Made by a program: the position numbers and the translations under genes | Part shown: piece after piece, positions 35,006-35,825 of the stretch | Numbering within the stretch: position 1 is the stretch's first letter | How the letters are laid out: each line of letters opens with the position of its first letter | Notes under the pieces: model-generated | Databases searched by the model: none | What the model saw: only the letters and a program-made list of their open reading frames with translations | Told to the model about the DNA's origin: nothing | Origin: a virus | Taxonomy: Duplodnaviria; Caudoviricetes | Length of the DNA stretch: 35,825 nt | Reading direction: 5' to 3' (one strand) | Virus record (IMG/VR): IMGVR_UViG_3300021961_005413 | Span: 1 to 35,825 of that record

Positions 35006-35825
35006 GTGGTTTTGCCTATCATGTCAACTAATTTAACTGCTGTAGCAGGACTTACTGTCCATCCAAGATGTCCGTGTCCTGTATGGTAAAATACCTTGTT
35101 GTTCTTTTCACTCTGTCTTACAATGGGCATCATATTAGGCGTCATTGGTCGCAAACAGGCCCAACTAGTATAATCACGGGTATCGATCTTTGGGAAATTT
35201 TCATGAACCCATTTTAAGAGAGGTTCAATTCTATCACGCCTAATATCATAATTTTCACCGGCAAGTTCAGCAGTTCCTGCAACTCTAAGTCTATTTCCTA
35301 GTGTAGATGAAACGATTTTTGCTTGGTCATCTAATATGCTTACTGCAGGCAAGTACTTAGGATCAACATTGTTAATAGTTATACTGTATCCTTTAATAGG
35401 ATATATGTTCAATTCATCGCCAAGACTGCGAGCGATACGATTGCTGCCGATGCCGCCAGATACAACAACCTTGTCATAATGATCAAACTCTTCGTCGATT
35501 CGATCAATCTTTCTGTCAAATGTAAATTTGACTTTGTATTTTTTCTTTAGTATTTGTGCTAATTCAAAACAAAACATATGTATATCACCAACAGAATCAT
35601 CTTCAGTCCAGGCGCCTCCTACGATGCCCCTAGTGTGTTTTAAAGCGCGATCTATTCTTGCTGTTTGTCTCGGTCCTAAAATTTTCCATTGGCAACCATT
35701 TGATTCATAAATGTTTTTTGCTTCTTCAGCCTGTTTAAAGTATTCTTCGTCTTTATAGATATGTAAAATTCCTGACTCCGAATAGTCAAACTCTAACAGT
35801 TCTTCTGCCATAATTTCTTTGTATA
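35002..35825 (-). CDS. dadA: D-amino acid dehydrogenase (DadA-like FAD oxidoreductase), 5' end beyond the window
   Basis: GILHIY, IYPIKGYSIT, LRVAGTAE, WACLRPMTP, TGHGHLGWT; frame open to the window end. Confidence 0.85.
   Translation of the reverse strand, partial: YKEIMAEELLEFDYSESGILHIYKDEEYFKQAEEAKNIYESNGCQWKILGPRQTARIDRALKHTRGIVGGAWTEDDSVGDIHMFCFELAQILKKKYKVKFTFDRKIDRIDEEFDHYDKVVVSGGIGSNRIARSLGDELNIYPIKGYSITINNVDPKYLPAVSILDDQAKIVSSTLGNRLRVAGTAELAGENYDIRRDRIEPLLKWVHENFPKIDTRDYTSWACLRPMTPNMMPIVRQSEKNNKVFYHTGHGHLGWTVSPATAVKLVDMIGKTT

Overview
This is a 35.8 kb segment of a large T4-like phage genome, probably aquatic. Essentially all genes lie on the minus strand. It carries the T4 replication core: gp43 polymerase, gp45 clamp, gp44/gp62 clamp loader, regA, uvsX, gp41 helicase and RNase H. 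Accessory genes include PhoH, Hsp20, SpeD, a 2OG-Fe(II) oxygenase, a SleB-type hydrolase, glycosyl- and methyltransferases, an ABC substrate-binding protein plus permease, and a DadA-like oxidoreductase. There are two tRNAs, several sigma70-type promoters and several TATAAATA late promoters. The standout is a 1.4 kb cassette at 24754-26169. It encodes a 369-aa protein with an IS110/TasR-type RuvC DEDD motif set, flanked on both sides by pairs of stem-loop units. Each unit holds two short variable segments between fixed motifs, which is the architecture of dual-guide RNAs (TIGR-Tas or bridge-RNA-like). The same motif also covers the gene's own ribosome-binding site, and the protein ends in the same LESFF tail as gp43. 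Other notable items are a complete tRNA-Pro embedded in frame in a protein-coding gene, a tandem structured ~50-nt repeat, and a putative late-promoter ncRNA on the plus strand. All protein calls come from motif recognition by eye; no database searches were run.
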